A stretch of DNA of 42,750 bases from a virus (taxonomy: Duplodnaviria > Caudoviricetes): the IMG/VR virus record IMGVR_UViG_3300017747_003269, positions 1-42,750 of that record, one strand, 5' to 3'. Shown piece by piece: positions 1 through 8,788 of the stretch (the first letter of the stretch is position 1; each line of letters opens with the position of its first letter). Below the pieces are notes generated by a model. That model saw only the letters and a program-made list of their open reading frames with translations. It was not told the origin of the DNA and ran no database searches. The position numbers were made by a program, and so were the translations under genes.

Positions 1-123
1 AGTGGCAGTAGCGCCGAATATGGCGTCCTCTGGGCGGGGCGGGGCCGGTGGCTTTGGAGCCGAGCCACCCCCGCCCCCCTTGTAACAACGCGTAGCAGCG
101 TTAACGTTAAAGCGTTCAAAGCA
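1..123. repeat. Terminal direct repeat, left copy (circular assembly overlap)
   Basis: 1-123 is identical to 42628-42750. Confidence 0.97.
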
Positions 124-156
124 AAAAAAAGAGATGTCGTGATATGGATCACTCAT
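1..156 (-). CDS. 5' part of a 92-aa virion protein gene preceding the portal (continues at 42627-42505 across the junction)
   Basis: Manual translation MSDPYHDISFFCFERFNVNAATRCYKGGGGGSAPKPPAPPRPEDAIFGATAT. ATGA overlap with the upstream gene at 153-156. A Pro-rich small protein in the pre-portal position is typical of T7/BPP-1-like phages. Confidence 0.75.
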   Translation of the reverse strand, partial: MSDPYHDISFFCFERFNVNAATRCYKGGGGGSAPKPPAPPRPEDAIFGATAT

Positions 157-494
157 AACTTGCCGACTAACTTGTCAAACGAATACATCTTGAGGACATT
201 CTTACGCTCAAATGAGACGTATGGCAAGCGGAAAGGTATGAATTGCAATGCCTCCCTCATATCGCCTGAAAGCAGCCAGATATGCCAGCAATCCGGCTCG
301 TCTGGGGGATTGAAGGACGGATCGAGGATTTGCTCTGCGGACCAGGCCCAATAACAAACCGGCCTGCCCATGGCGAAGAAGCGCGGCGAGGAGATGACCC
401 AGCCGTGCTGAAAGTGGAGCGCCAGATCCTCCTTGAAGGACCGGGCGCACCACTCGTTGCGGTAAACGTCAGCGGCTTTCTCGAATGGGGTCAC
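153..494 (-). CDS. Hypothetical phage protein (113 aa, GTG start at 494)
   Basis: C-terminal half of ORF 153..827. GTGA overlap with the stop of 491..712. Confidence 0.7.
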   Translation of the reverse strand: MTPFEKAADVYRNEWCARSFKEDLALHFQHGWVISSPRFFAMGRPVCYWAWSAEQILDPSFNPPDEPDCWHIWLLSGDMREALQFIPFRLPYVSFERKNVLKMYSFDKLVGKL

Positions 495-712
495 GGCCTT
501 GGACGATTCCTGCCACGCGACACCCGAACTGGAGCGTCCACAACCGTGGTCGCCGTGTTCGTGGCGGACTTGATTCGCATGAAGACGTTCCGCCCCACAG
601 CGTCCCGGCTGATGAAGGCCCACCCCGCAGCGCCATAGGCATTGAAGGTCGATTCGATTTGGTCGCTGGTCATGTCGGATGTGGGCGACCAGATTTTGTA
701 TTCGTATTTCAT
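491..712 (-). CDS. Hypothetical protein (73 aa)
   Basis: ORF track. Start and stop both overlap neighbouring genes. Confidence 0.65.
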   Translation of the reverse strand: MKYEYKIWSPTSDMTSDQIESTFNAYGAAGWAFISRDAVGRNVFMRIKSATNTATTVVDAPVRVSRGRNRPRP

Positions 713-885
713 CGCGTATTAAATTTGAAACCGCGCAAAGAAGATTCAATCTTGGCAAGCACCTGATTGTTGTCTGGCTGACCAAAATCGTTAAAGAACT
801 GAACACTGTTATGAAGATGATCTGCAATGCGCTCGATTTGAGATTCCGTTAATTGCTTGGGCTTTGGTTTGGTTTTAGTTTTCAT
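709..885 (-). CDS. Hypothetical protein (58 aa, MKTKTKPKPKQLTESQIERIAD...)
   Basis: Manually translated. Starts just after the terminase stop and has an ATGA overlap with 491..712. Confidence 0.6.
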   Translation of the reverse strand: MKTKTKPKPKQLTESQIERIADHLHNSVQFFNDFGQPDNNQVLAKIESSLRGFKFNTR

Positions 886-887
886 GT

Positions 888-2234
888 TTACAGGTAGGAA
901 ACCGTATCCTTCTGCCTTGGTGGAAGCTCAACCTTGCGGAACGACTTCTGGATGTTCCAGGCCAGCACCCGCATACAATCCGCGAAGTGCGAAGTCCAGT
1001 CGTGGAGCGGGGTGTCTTTGTAGATGAGCATGTCCTGACCTACGCCGGTTTGTTGTAGTTTTTCTGGCAGCAGTTCTTTGCGGTAACTTGACAGGGCCTC
1101 AATTAAGCGAGAGCACTTGGTTTTGTCAATCCACAATCGAGGGAAAATGTTTCGGACCTGTTCGATGCCATCGAGTTTTGATTTGGGCTGAGGGGTTACG
1201 CGGAACTTGATGCCGAGCGAACGCGCAACGTCCCAGACTGATTTGCCACCGGCTGCGAGACTTTTCAGGTTCAAATCCCAAGGCCCGTAGTGTTCGCCAT
1301 ACGCATACTCCCGCTCCTTTAGAATTCTTGCATAATGGGACATTTCCTCCCCGGATGCTGCGTAGTGATCTATAACACGAATCTCGTTCGCCACGATTTG
1401 GAAGAAGGCAATTACAGTGAAGTCCGCAAAGCCGATGTCCCACGCGGTATGCACGACAGCCTTTGGCTCGTACGGAACTGATGTGATTCGACCGTCCTTG
1501 TGCGCCTTAGTAATTTCCGAAACGTAATATGCGCCTTGCAACGGAATTTCCGGGTCGTTGTAAAACTCCTGACGAATAAGCTGCTCGCTCATGCCGGATA
1601 GTTTTTCCTCCTCAAGGTCGGCAATAGTCAACGCGCCAGTGTCCTCAATGGTCTGGTTGACGTAAAGGTAGTTCGGGTTTGATGTTTGCAGCCGCGCATA
1701 ATCCTGAGCAATTTTATAGGCGTGGTTCTTGCCGCGAATGGTTGTGATGATTAAGCACCAACCTTTGTTCTCGCGAAGAATCGGGCGGATGTAATCCCAC
1801 ACAGCGGGATCGGTGATTGCGTATTCAGACAGCGTGACTCCGATTGGATTGGTTCCAACGTGACGGTCGATGTCGTCGCCGCCGATACACTGCAAGATGC
1901 TCCCGTTGCGAAAATGCACTCGCATCTCATTCTCATTTTTCCTGTCAATCAACTCTTCCGGTATATGATCCATCAACCGGATGTTGTTATTTGAATCAAT
2001 TCCGTTCCAAACAACGGCGCGTGATTGCCGACAGAACGGGAGGCAGTGCCAATACGTACCAACTTTCAGTTGTGACAAAGTTACTGCCAAATTCAACGCA
2101 AGAAGGTCTTTTCCCCACCTGCGGTGCGCAATAACAACAGCGCGTTTCTTTTCAGGGTTTGGAACAAAGTGATTCCACAATGCCTGCTGGTATAAGCGCG
2201 GGGTGTATCTGTGAGGCAATTCAATATCAGGCAT
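888..2234 (-). CDS. terL: Terminase large subunit
   Basis: YQ adenine-binding motif, Walker A (HRRWGKD), Walker B variant (VTLSEYA), TTIRGKNH coupling region, and RNase H-like nuclease motifs AWDIG and HDWTSHFAD. Confidence 0.95.
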   Translation of the reverse strand: MPDIELPHRYTPRLYQQALWNHFVPNPEKKRAVVIAHRRWGKDLLALNLAVTLSQLKVGTYWHCLPFCRQSRAVVWNGIDSNNNIRLMDHIPEELIDRKNENEMRVHFRNGSILQCIGGDDIDRHVGTNPIGVTLSEYAITDPAVWDYIRPILRENKGWCLIITTIRGKNHAYKIAQDYARLQTSNPNYLYVNQTIEDTGALTIADLEEEKLSGMSEQLIRQEFYNDPEIPLQGAYYVSEITKAHKDGRITSVPYEPKAVVHTAWDIGFADFTVIAFFQIVANEIRVIDHYAASGEEMSHYARILKEREYAYGEHYGPWDLNLKSLAAGGKSVWDVARSLGIKFRVTPQPKSKLDGIEQVRNIFPRLWIDKTKCSRLIEALSSYRKELLPEKLQQTGVGQDMLIYKDTPLHDWTSHFADCMRVLAWNIQKSFRKVELPPRQKDTVSYL

Positions 2235-2266
2235 TCAGCCCCCAATCCTTGTGCCTTGGATGCTTC

Positions 2267-2683
2267 TCAATTGCTGTCATGTTTGTCTTCGATTTGTCGC
2301 ACAATCTCAGGCGTGGCGTCAACCACCGCTCCACCACCACCTTCCAATTCACCAAACTTCTTGACCGTTACCCTCAGGGTGTAATCCTTCGATTCCTTGA
2401 TTTCGGAACTCTTTAGTACAGGTCTTGTGTACCGGCAAAGCTTGTCACATGCGTCTATTTTGTCCTTAACCGGAAGAACCAGCCATTGCTTTCCGTTTTC
2501 GTCCTCAACTAAATCGTACCTTGCCAGCATTGGTCCTAGAATCTTTACGTCCGATACGGTTGGCACGGGAATCCTGCCCTTAACCGCGACAATGATCTCT
2601 TCATACGGATCGAACTTATGCTTTTCGCAAAGCTCCCGCGCAGAGGTTTGACTGATGTTTACCGGCTTACGACGGATCGCCAT
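2267..2683 (-). CDS. Putative terminase small subunit
   Basis: 138 aa, directly upstream of terL, mostly helical. Positional inference. Confidence 0.55.
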   Translation of the reverse strand: MAIRRKPVNISQTSARELCEKHKFDPYEEIIVAVKGRIPVPTVSDVKILGPMLARYDLVEDENGKQWLVLPVKDKIDACDKLCRYTRPVLKSSEIKESKDYTLRVTVKKFGELEGGGGAVVDATPEIVRQIEDKHDSN

Positions 2684-2843
2684 GGCATTTCTTGCAAAGC
2701 ATTTGTTTTCCAGTCCAAATTAACTCCCGTATAGGAAATGGCCCTTTATGGCAAAGGTCGCACTCTTCCAAAACAGATTCTTCAGGAATTCCAATCAATG
2801 GAACCTCAAATCCGTCTCGTATAACCGTTGCATGTTTGCGCAT
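2667..2843 (-). CDS. Small zinc-finger protein (58 aa)
   Basis: Manual translation MRKHATVIRDGFEVPLIGIPEESVLEECDLCHK...MLCKKCHGDPS, with two CxxC motifs. Confidence 0.6.
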   Translation of the reverse strand: MRKHATVIRDGFEVPLIGIPEESVLEECDLCHKGPFPIRELIWTGKQMLCKKCHGDPS

Positions 2844-2888
2844 GTTTGTTGGGCGTTAACGAGTAACGCATTTTTTCTAAAATAAAGG

Positions 2889-2916
2889 TTGCGCGGGGGA
2901 AAGCAAGTGGTAAGTT
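2889..2916 (+). promoter_or_regulatory. Sigma70-type promoter for the rightward block
   Basis: TTGCGC-N16-TAAGTT with an extended -10 TG and an AT-rich upstream tract. Confidence 0.55.
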
Positions 2917-2922
2917 CAGGGC

Positions 2923-3540
2923 GCGAAACAGATGAACCGCACAATTACAATTTGCCCGATTGGAACAACTAGACCAGCCCTAGCCAATCCTATCCTGTTT
3001 CGCACCTCGATTGACGGTGGGCGGCTGTTTTCACTTTTATCCGACAAGAGCCGTCATTCTGGAACACCAGAGCGGAGCAAAGCGGATTCAGCGCAATGGT
3101 TATATTCCATTGCACAACACAAAGCAAACAGGTGCGGTTACCATCGTGAAAACACATGCACCAAGACCGTCAAAAGCGGACGCGCAAACACAATATGTGG
3201 GGATACTACGGTAGCACGAGTCCCTTGAGCGCGTTCCTGCCGTAAGGCAGGCCGTTGTAAACTGAACACTTAATTCAGTCCGACAGGCACCAAAATAAGC
3301 GACCCGCGTAACTGTTTGCGGTGGCATAGGGCAGGCACTTTCGAGCTAGGCTGATTCATGGCCGATGCGACGCTGAAGAAGGTGTTCTGTAGCCGATTAG
3401 CAAAACAAACAAGTAGTTTGTTTAAGGTGCGCCGTTGCTTTGAATCCTTATTCGTCCGACAGGCTTTGAACGAAGCGAATCGTACTCGATAAATAACTGA
3501 ACGATCTTTGAACGAAACCAAAACACCCGCTGTCTGATTC
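2923..3540 (+). ncRNA. Candidate structured non-coding leader or origin region
   Basis: No convincing ORF. Complementary segments 2923-2931/2995-3003 and 2958-2963/2984-2989, a GTAA-loop hairpin at 3236-3251, and direct repeat GTCCGACAGGC at 3278 and 3454. Confidence 0.4.
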
Positions 3541-3541
3541 G

Positions 3542-3967
3542 GTGCGGGACAAAATGATTATGAAAACTACACAAGAAAAAATCGACGTTATGCAGGCACA
3601 AATCGCCGTGATGCAGGCGCTTGCTAACGGTGAAGACATTGAATGCCAGATTTCCCCAAATGGAACCTGGGATTTATGGCGGATTGAAACAGAGCCATCG
3701 TGGGATTGGAGTAAATTCAACTACCGTATCGCACGTAAACCCAAGCTTCGCCCGTGGAAGCCGGAAGAAGTTCCGGTTGGTGGCGTATTAAAGAAAAAAA
3801 ACACATCCTTTGTATATCATTACAATGTGGACCTGAATAATGGTGTTACTTGGTTCACTTCACCAAGCGGGGAAACAAGAATACTTTCGATAGGCGAGCT
3901 TGTTGATTCGTTTGTGGTGTCAACCGACCACGGAAAAACCTGGCTCCCGTGCGGAGTGATGGAGTGA
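3542..3967 (+). CDS. Hypothetical phage protein (start probably 3560)
   Basis: ORF track. First gene of a tightly packed block. Confidence 0.75.
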   Translation: MRDKMIMKTTQEKIDVMQAQIAVMQALANGEDIECQISPNGTWDLWRIETEPSWDWSKFNYRIARKPKLRPWKPEEVPVGGVLKKKNTSFVYHYNVDLNNGVTWFTSPSGETRILSIGELVDSFVVSTDHGKTWLPCGVME

Positions 3968-3969
3968 TT

Positions 3970-4182
3970 ATGACCAAAGAAGAACAAACCATCTGGTTCA
4001 ATTACGCCCTGTCCGATGCGAAGCTGGCCAATTCGGTTGATGAGCTGGCCATTGGGTGGATGCGATACAAGGCGCTCAGGGCGTTGACGCCACGCGAGTT
4101 TTCGGTTTTGACCCAGCGCAACCTGGCCGGGGAACGGTTCGATGACATGGTTGATGCAATGGTGGCGGATCTGGGAAGGTGA
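3970..4182 (+). CDS. Hypothetical protein
   Basis: ATG at 3970 preceded by GGAG. Tight packing. Confidence 0.7.
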   Translation: MTKEEQTIWFNYALSDAKLANSVDELAIGWMRYKALRALTPREFSVLTQRNLAGERFDDMVDAMVADLGR

Positions 4183-4185
4183 AAT

Positions 4186-4491
4186 ATGCAATTTACCAAA
4201 ACACCACAAGAAAAGGCGGAAGAATTGGTTTGCTATGCCGAGAACTTAATCGCACAGCGCAGGCCAAACTACAACAACCTCCCAATCATGGACAGAGAAG
4301 TTGCGAAGGCTATTATTCTAACTGAAATCCCCCTCGCCGAACTCATCGCAGTTGCAAGGGCGGCGGCGAGAATTGGCGGAGAACGAATTGAGTTTGAAGG
4401 CTCAGAACATTACGCAGTTGTGATTGAAGAAGTTGACGAGCTTGATAACGCACTCCAAGCCCTTCGCGCAACGGGAAAGGTGGAGTTGTGA
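4186..4491 (+). CDS. Hypothetical protein
   Basis: ORF track and operon packing. Confidence 0.7.
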   Translation: MQFTKTPQEKAEELVCYAENLIAQRRPNYNNLPIMDREVAKAIILTEIPLAELIAVARAAARIGGERIEFEGSEHYAVVIEEVDELDNALQALRATGKVEL

Positions 4492-4673
4492 AATTGGACA
4501 ACGAATCAAAGATTGCGTTTTGCAACACAATGGAAGCGATGAAGGTCCACTGTATCGGCTGCAAAGATTGTGACCTGTATTTGCGATGGGGCGATGGCGA
4601 TTTGTGCGATAAAGGAAAAGAGATAATCACAATGAGCCTTGCCTATATGAACGCCAACCCGGAGATGAAATGA
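4488..4673 (+). CDS. Small Cys-containing hypothetical protein
   Basis: 4-nt overlaps at both ends. HCxxCxxC motif. Confidence 0.65.
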   Translation: MKLDNESKIAFCNTMEAMKVHCIGCKDCDLYLRWGDGDLCDKGKEIITMSLAYMNANPEMK

Positions 4674-5059
4674 CCCCACTAACAGACCGAGAAATCGAAG
4701 AGTTGCGGATTTGTATAGCAACGGAGATGGGGCGGGATATAGAAAACTACGACCCCGAAGGATATGAGACGCTTTATTGGCGATTGCGCAAGCCAGACAA
4801 TTCGATCCGCGAGCATGGATGCACCGGCGAAAGTTGGTCGCGCAACATGTTCGGGCATATGGTCCCTCCCTACACCACCAGCATCGACGCAATCCAAGCG
4901 GCATGTTTGGAGAGGTTTAAGGGGGAAGCGGCTTACACGCTTAACTATCAGCTTTCCATCTGTTCAATGGATCCTCCGCGTTGTGTCTGGCAACTAACCG
5001 CCCTCGACTGGTGCATTGCCTTCGCGAGAGCGGTGAAGATTTGGAGGTTTAAGGAATGA
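4670..5059 (+). CDS. Hypothetical protein, possible phage ABA-sandwich-like domain
   Basis: VPPYTTSIDA resembles the PxYSxxIxxAW motif of that family. Confidence 0.55.
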   Translation: MTPLTDREIEELRICIATEMGRDIENYDPEGYETLYWRLRKPDNSIREHGCTGESWSRNMFGHMVPPYTTSIDAIQAACLERFKGEAAYTLNYQLSICSMDPPRCVWQLTALDWCIAFARAVKIWRFKE

Positions 5060-5232
5060 AACAAAACACAATAATGATGTTCATCAACATGTTCGTTTTC
5101 GGAATGAACATATTGCTAACGGCCAGTGGCAAATCATCAGCATTCAGCGAATGCCTCGCGTGGGCGATAGCCGCATTTTGGTGCTTCATGTATCTCTACG
5201 AAGTGAGATGCCAACTGGAGGATGAGGAATGA
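5056..5232 (+). CDS. Small membrane protein (58 aa)
   Basis: Manually translated. Two hydrophobic stretches and ATGA overlaps at both ends. Confidence 0.6.
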   Translation: MKQNTIMMFINMFVFGMNILLTASGKSSAFSECLAWAIAAFWCFMYLYEVRCQLEDEE

Positions 5233-5720
5233 TCAAGTCCGCCCTGGAGCTGCTCGTTGACGACCTCGTTGCCCAGGTCGCCGAGCTTAAAGCCTATATC
5301 GAATCAACCAAGGAAAAGCCGTCCCGGTTAAAGCGGCCCAGTCTGGAGGACATCAAGTCGGAAGGAATCAAGACCGGGCTGCCTGCGCTGGATTGCGAAT
5401 CCTTCTACAACTACTACGAGGCGAACGGCTGGAAGGTCGGGCGCAATCCGATGAAGAACTGGAAGGCTGCCATGGCCAATTGGAAACGCAACTCGGGCCA
5501 GTACCAACAGACCAACAGACCAGTTAAGGAGCGACCTAAATCAACTTGGGAGCTTACACAACAATTGAACACAATCGTTGAGGAGATGTCTCAGTTAAAG
5601 TCCTATGGCGGCTTTACCGATGCGTTCGGATTCCATTGGTCGGACGAGGCGAAAAGATTAAAGTTCCAGCAGTTAAAGATTGCAAGGGACGGATTAAAAA
5701 GTAAGATTATCGAAACATGA
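5229..5720 (+). CDS. Replication-initiator C-terminal-like domain protein
   Basis: FYNYYEANGWKVGRNPMKNWKAAMANW matches the C-terminal motif of phage replisome-organiser/initiator proteins. Confidence 0.65.
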   Translation: MIKSALELLVDDLVAQVAELKAYIESTKEKPSRLKRPSLEDIKSEGIKTGLPALDCESFYNYYEANGWKVGRNPMKNWKAAMANWKRNSGQYQQTNRPVKERPKSTWELTQQLNTIVEEMSQLKSYGGFTDAFGFHWSDEAKRLKFQQLKIARDGLKSKIIET

Positions 5721-5905
5721 AAAAACGATACCAACGAAGACCCGCCAGCGAATACCGCTGCCTGTGTGGCAATCAAGCCGTGAAATGGTCGAACGGATTT
5801 GCCTGCCAGCGATGCATCGACATCGAATCCAACAAGGCGTTTGGCCGCGAGTTCTGCGGGGTCAGGCCAACACACGAAACCCAATGGGCGACTGAGACTG
5901 TATGA
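5717..5905 (+). CDS. Small zinc-finger protein
   Basis: CxC...CxxC motifs and ATGA overlaps. Confidence 0.65.
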   Translation: MKKRYQRRPASEYRCLCGNQAVKWSNGFACQRCIDIESNKAFGREFCGVRPTHETQWATETV

Positions 5906-6084
5906 AAATAAGAATATACGTGGACGAAACGTCGTTGTATTTCTTTAACAAAATAGACCCGGCCCACCCAATCGCAATAGACGCTCCTGATAGCGTCGTG
6001 GAAAAATGGAACGCGGCGCCGGCGGTGTTCGACGAAATGCAATCAGAGATGGGAGCCTATTACAGGCAATATAAAAACAAATGA
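5902..6084 (+). CDS. Hypothetical protein
   Basis: ATGA overlaps at both ends. Confidence 0.65.
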   Translation: MKIRIYVDETSLYFFNKIDPAHPIAIDAPDSVVEKWNAAPAVFDEMQSEMGAYYRQYKNK

Positions 6085-6590
6085 CTAAACCACTGTTTGA
6101 AGAACGAGCCGACCGGACGCTAGATAAGGTCAGGGCCGTATATGCGCAGCGCGGGGGCGAGTATGCTGATACGTGGCGCACCTGCCGGTTCCTGGCCATG
6201 AAGGCAGTGTCCATGAAGCTCAACCTTGAGATTCGGGACGAATACCTAAGGGCATTGGCCACTGCGGCCTTTGTTGATATGAAATACGAGCGGCTGGGCG
6301 GCGGGTTCAAGGACGATTCGATCATTGACGGGATCGCCTATGGGGCGTTTCTGGTGGATGAGATGGATGAGGCTTGCCGGAAGGATGTTCCCGAAACCAA
6401 TTTCGGGAACATCAAGAAACCGGAACAGCGGTATCGGATGCTTGATGATGGGGAGCCTGTCATGGATGGAGATGAAGTCCTGCTTGCAGACATAGGAAAA
6501 AAAGAATGGCTTGAAGCAAAGCCATATGGGTGCGCGGTTAAAGGATTCTACCGCCGCCCCATCAACCCACAGGAGAATGCTGTTAAATGA
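6081..6590 (+). CDS. DUF6378-like / nucleotide-modification-associated helical domain protein
   Basis: Pattern RGGEY...MKYERL...DDSIIDGIAY. Confidence 0.6.
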   Translation: MTKPLFEERADRTLDKVRAVYAQRGGEYADTWRTCRFLAMKAVSMKLNLEIRDEYLRALATAAFVDMKYERLGGGFKDDSIIDGIAYGAFLVDEMDEACRKDVPETNFGNIKKPEQRYRMLDDGEPVMDGDEVLLADIGKKEWLEAKPYGCAVKGFYRRPINPQENAVK

Positions 6591-7321
6591 GCAACTGGAC
6601 ACGATTCATGGCCGGGTTTGACGTTCACGGCGACCAGCAGAGCAAACCGGCCTGCGAGGTGTTCTTCAAGTTCATGAAGGACTGGAAGCCCGAGATCCGC
6701 GTGATGGGCGGTGACCTGTTCGACTTTCGCCCGCTTCGTCGCAAGGCGAGTGAAGATGAGAAGCGCGAGTCGATGCGGGAGGACTTTGAGGCGGGGATGG
6801 AGTTCCTGAAAAGGATGAGGCCGACGACGTATCTACTTGGAAATCATGAGGTTAGGCTGTTTAACCTAGCCGAGTCTGATAATGGAGTGATATCCGACTA
6901 CGCTTACCAAGGCGTCAAAGACATTGAAACGGTCTGCGATTCAATGAAGTGCCGAATACTGCCATACCACAAGCGAAAAGGCGTTCTCGATATTGGTAAG
7001 CTTCGTGTCATCCACGGCTTCCATTGCGGGGTCTATGCAGCCCGACAAGCCGCGATGGTCTATGGCAGCGTCCTGTTTGGCCACGTCCACACTATTGACC
7101 TGTATAGCCTGCCTGGCTTTGAGAGGCGCGTAGCGAGGGCTTGTGGGTGTCTGTGCTCTCTGGACATGGAGTATTCTTCCATGAACCCGTCAACGCTGCG
7201 CCAGGCAAACGGGTTCGCCTATGGTGTGGTTAACAAAAAGACCGGCATGTGGCACGCATGGGTTGCCGAGTGCATTAACGGGGAGTGGTTGATTCCAAGC
7301 GATTTGACTAAATATGAGTAA
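6587..7321 (+). CDS. Calcineurin-like metallophosphoesterase
   Basis: All five motifs are present: DVH, GGDLFD, GNHE, HG and GHVH. Confidence 0.9.
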   Translation: MSNWTRFMAGFDVHGDQQSKPACEVFFKFMKDWKPEIRVMGGDLFDFRPLRRKASEDEKRESMREDFEAGMEFLKRMRPTTYLLGNHEVRLFNLAESDNGVISDYAYQGVKDIETVCDSMKCRILPYHKRKGVLDIGKLRVIHGFHCGVYAARQAAMVYGSVLFGHVHTIDLYSLPGFERRVARACGCLCSLDMEYSSMNPSTLRQANGFAYGVVNKKTGMWHAWVAECINGEWLIPSDLTKYE

Positions 7322-7868
7322 CCAGCAAGAAGCAAATAGGCTTTATTACGAGAAGAACAAGGGGCGCCTAAAGGAAAATGCGCGGGAGCGATATCATAAA
7401 AACCCGGATGCCGCCAAGGAAAGGAATCGCATCTGGTATCGCGAAAACAGGCTAGCTAAGGCCGAGTCTACAAAGTTGTGGAGGTCTAACAATCGCAGTG
7501 TTGTCAATAGGCTTAATCAAGCCAGCCTGAAAAGGCAGATCGCCAGAAGCCCAGGCTTCAAAGCGAGAAAGATGTGGAGGACAAAGGCGTGGCGAATGTT
7601 CACCAAGTCAGTTGGAGGCGCAAAAGTTATTTCTGTCCTTGGCTGTTCCGCTGAACAATTCAGGAACCATATCTATTCTCAGCTTCACAGCGGAATGACC
7701 CAAGAGAACTACGCTGAACTGTGGGAGCTTGACCATATCGAGCCTTGCTACAAGTTTGATTGCACCAAAGAAGACCAGCTTCGGGCCTGTTTCCACTATA
7801 CCAATTACAGGCCAAGGCTTAAAACCGAAAACCAATGGCATCCGAATCAAAAACATGAAACCAAATAA
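7314..7868 (+). CDS. HNH homing-type endonuclease
   Basis: Basic helical N-terminus followed by WELDHIEPC...ACFHYTN...EN. Confidence 0.8.
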   Translation: MSNQQEANRLYYEKNKGRLKENARERYHKNPDAAKERNRIWYRENRLAKAESTKLWRSNNRSVVNRLNQASLKRQIARSPGFKARKMWRTKAWRMFTKSVGGAKVISVLGCSAEQFRNHIYSQLHSGMTQENYAELWELDHIEPCYKFDCTKEDQLRACFHYTNYRPRLKTENQWHPNQKHETK

Positions 7869-8100
7869 ACCAAACAATGACTGGCTGGCCGCGCTGGAGA
7901 AGGTCATTGGCAGCACATCCAGCAAGCCCGGCCCAGAATGGAAGACCCGAAGGCAGCTTGAGGCAGAGCTTGGAGTTGGAAGGCGGACTATTGAGAACGC
8001 GCTAAGGGGTCTGGTTGAAAGCGGCAGGGCTGATGTTAAGAAGTTTACCATGGGCGAGATCGGAAGCAGGCGGGTAATCCCACACTACCGGCTTAAATGA
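7855..8100 (+). CDS. Small winged-HTH DNA-binding protein (81 aa)
   Basis: WKTRRQLEAELGVGRRTIENALRGLVESG. ATG at 7855. Confidence 0.7.
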   Translation: MKPNKPNNDWLAALEKVIGSTSSKPGPEWKTRRQLEAELGVGRRTIENALRGLVESGRADVKKFTMGEIGSRRVIPHYRLK

Positions 8101-8247
8101 AGCTCTACATGGCCTTCCACCGTGAATCACCATACAGCCCGTTCTGGATCGTAACGCTCGGACTCAAGCGCACCAAGCGAACCTGGGTAATCTGTGGGAG
8201 CTTTTGTGACAACTAACCCCATTACAAAAATAAATCACACTTTAGCG

Positions 8248-8277
8248 TTGACGGAATTGACCTAATCTGATTAAAAT
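8248..8277 (+). promoter_or_regulatory. Possible sigma70 promoter
   Basis: TTGACG-N18-TAAAAT after an A-rich tract. Confidence 0.45.
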
Positions 8278-8788
8278 CGGTGTACTGAAAGGTACGAACC
8301 AACCCCGCTCCACCATCCAATCCGGTACAAACCAAACAAGGTTTGCCCGGATTTTCCTTTTTTGGTATATGGAACGAATGCGTAACTGGTTGATGCGAGA
8401 CGAGTTGAATTGAAAGTCCAGGATTTTAATTTTGAACCGGTTGATAGCAGTGACTAACACAATGACCTGGTCTTCCCCTCCCTGGCCCACCTTCCGATTC
8501 GTTCGAAATCGATGCGAAAAGAGGCGAATTCAGGGCGAAGTGAACATATCAGGTATTGTGCGAAGTAATTTGATGCGATGCGAACAGGCTTGAACCGTAG
8601 GTTGAGAGCTGGTTTGGGTGTGGTAGGGAGTAAACGAACAGCAATACAAGCCAGATTCAGTTCAGTCTCGTTACGCTACAGGTTAGGACATGGCTAGGCT
8701 GTTCACGATACGATTCGCTGTGTTACTGATTGATTTGTTCGACTATTCATGTCATGGTCAGAAACCAGGTTTCGTACCTATATCACAT

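Noticed and set aside
1-123. 123-bp end repeat as a biological terminal repeat
   Set aside because: It falls in the middle of a gene that reads through the junction, so it is best explained as circular assembly overlap.
153-827. 224-aa ORF as one gene
   Set aside because: Its 5' half overlaps two better-coupled small genes (709-885 and 491-712). The likely start is GTG at 494.
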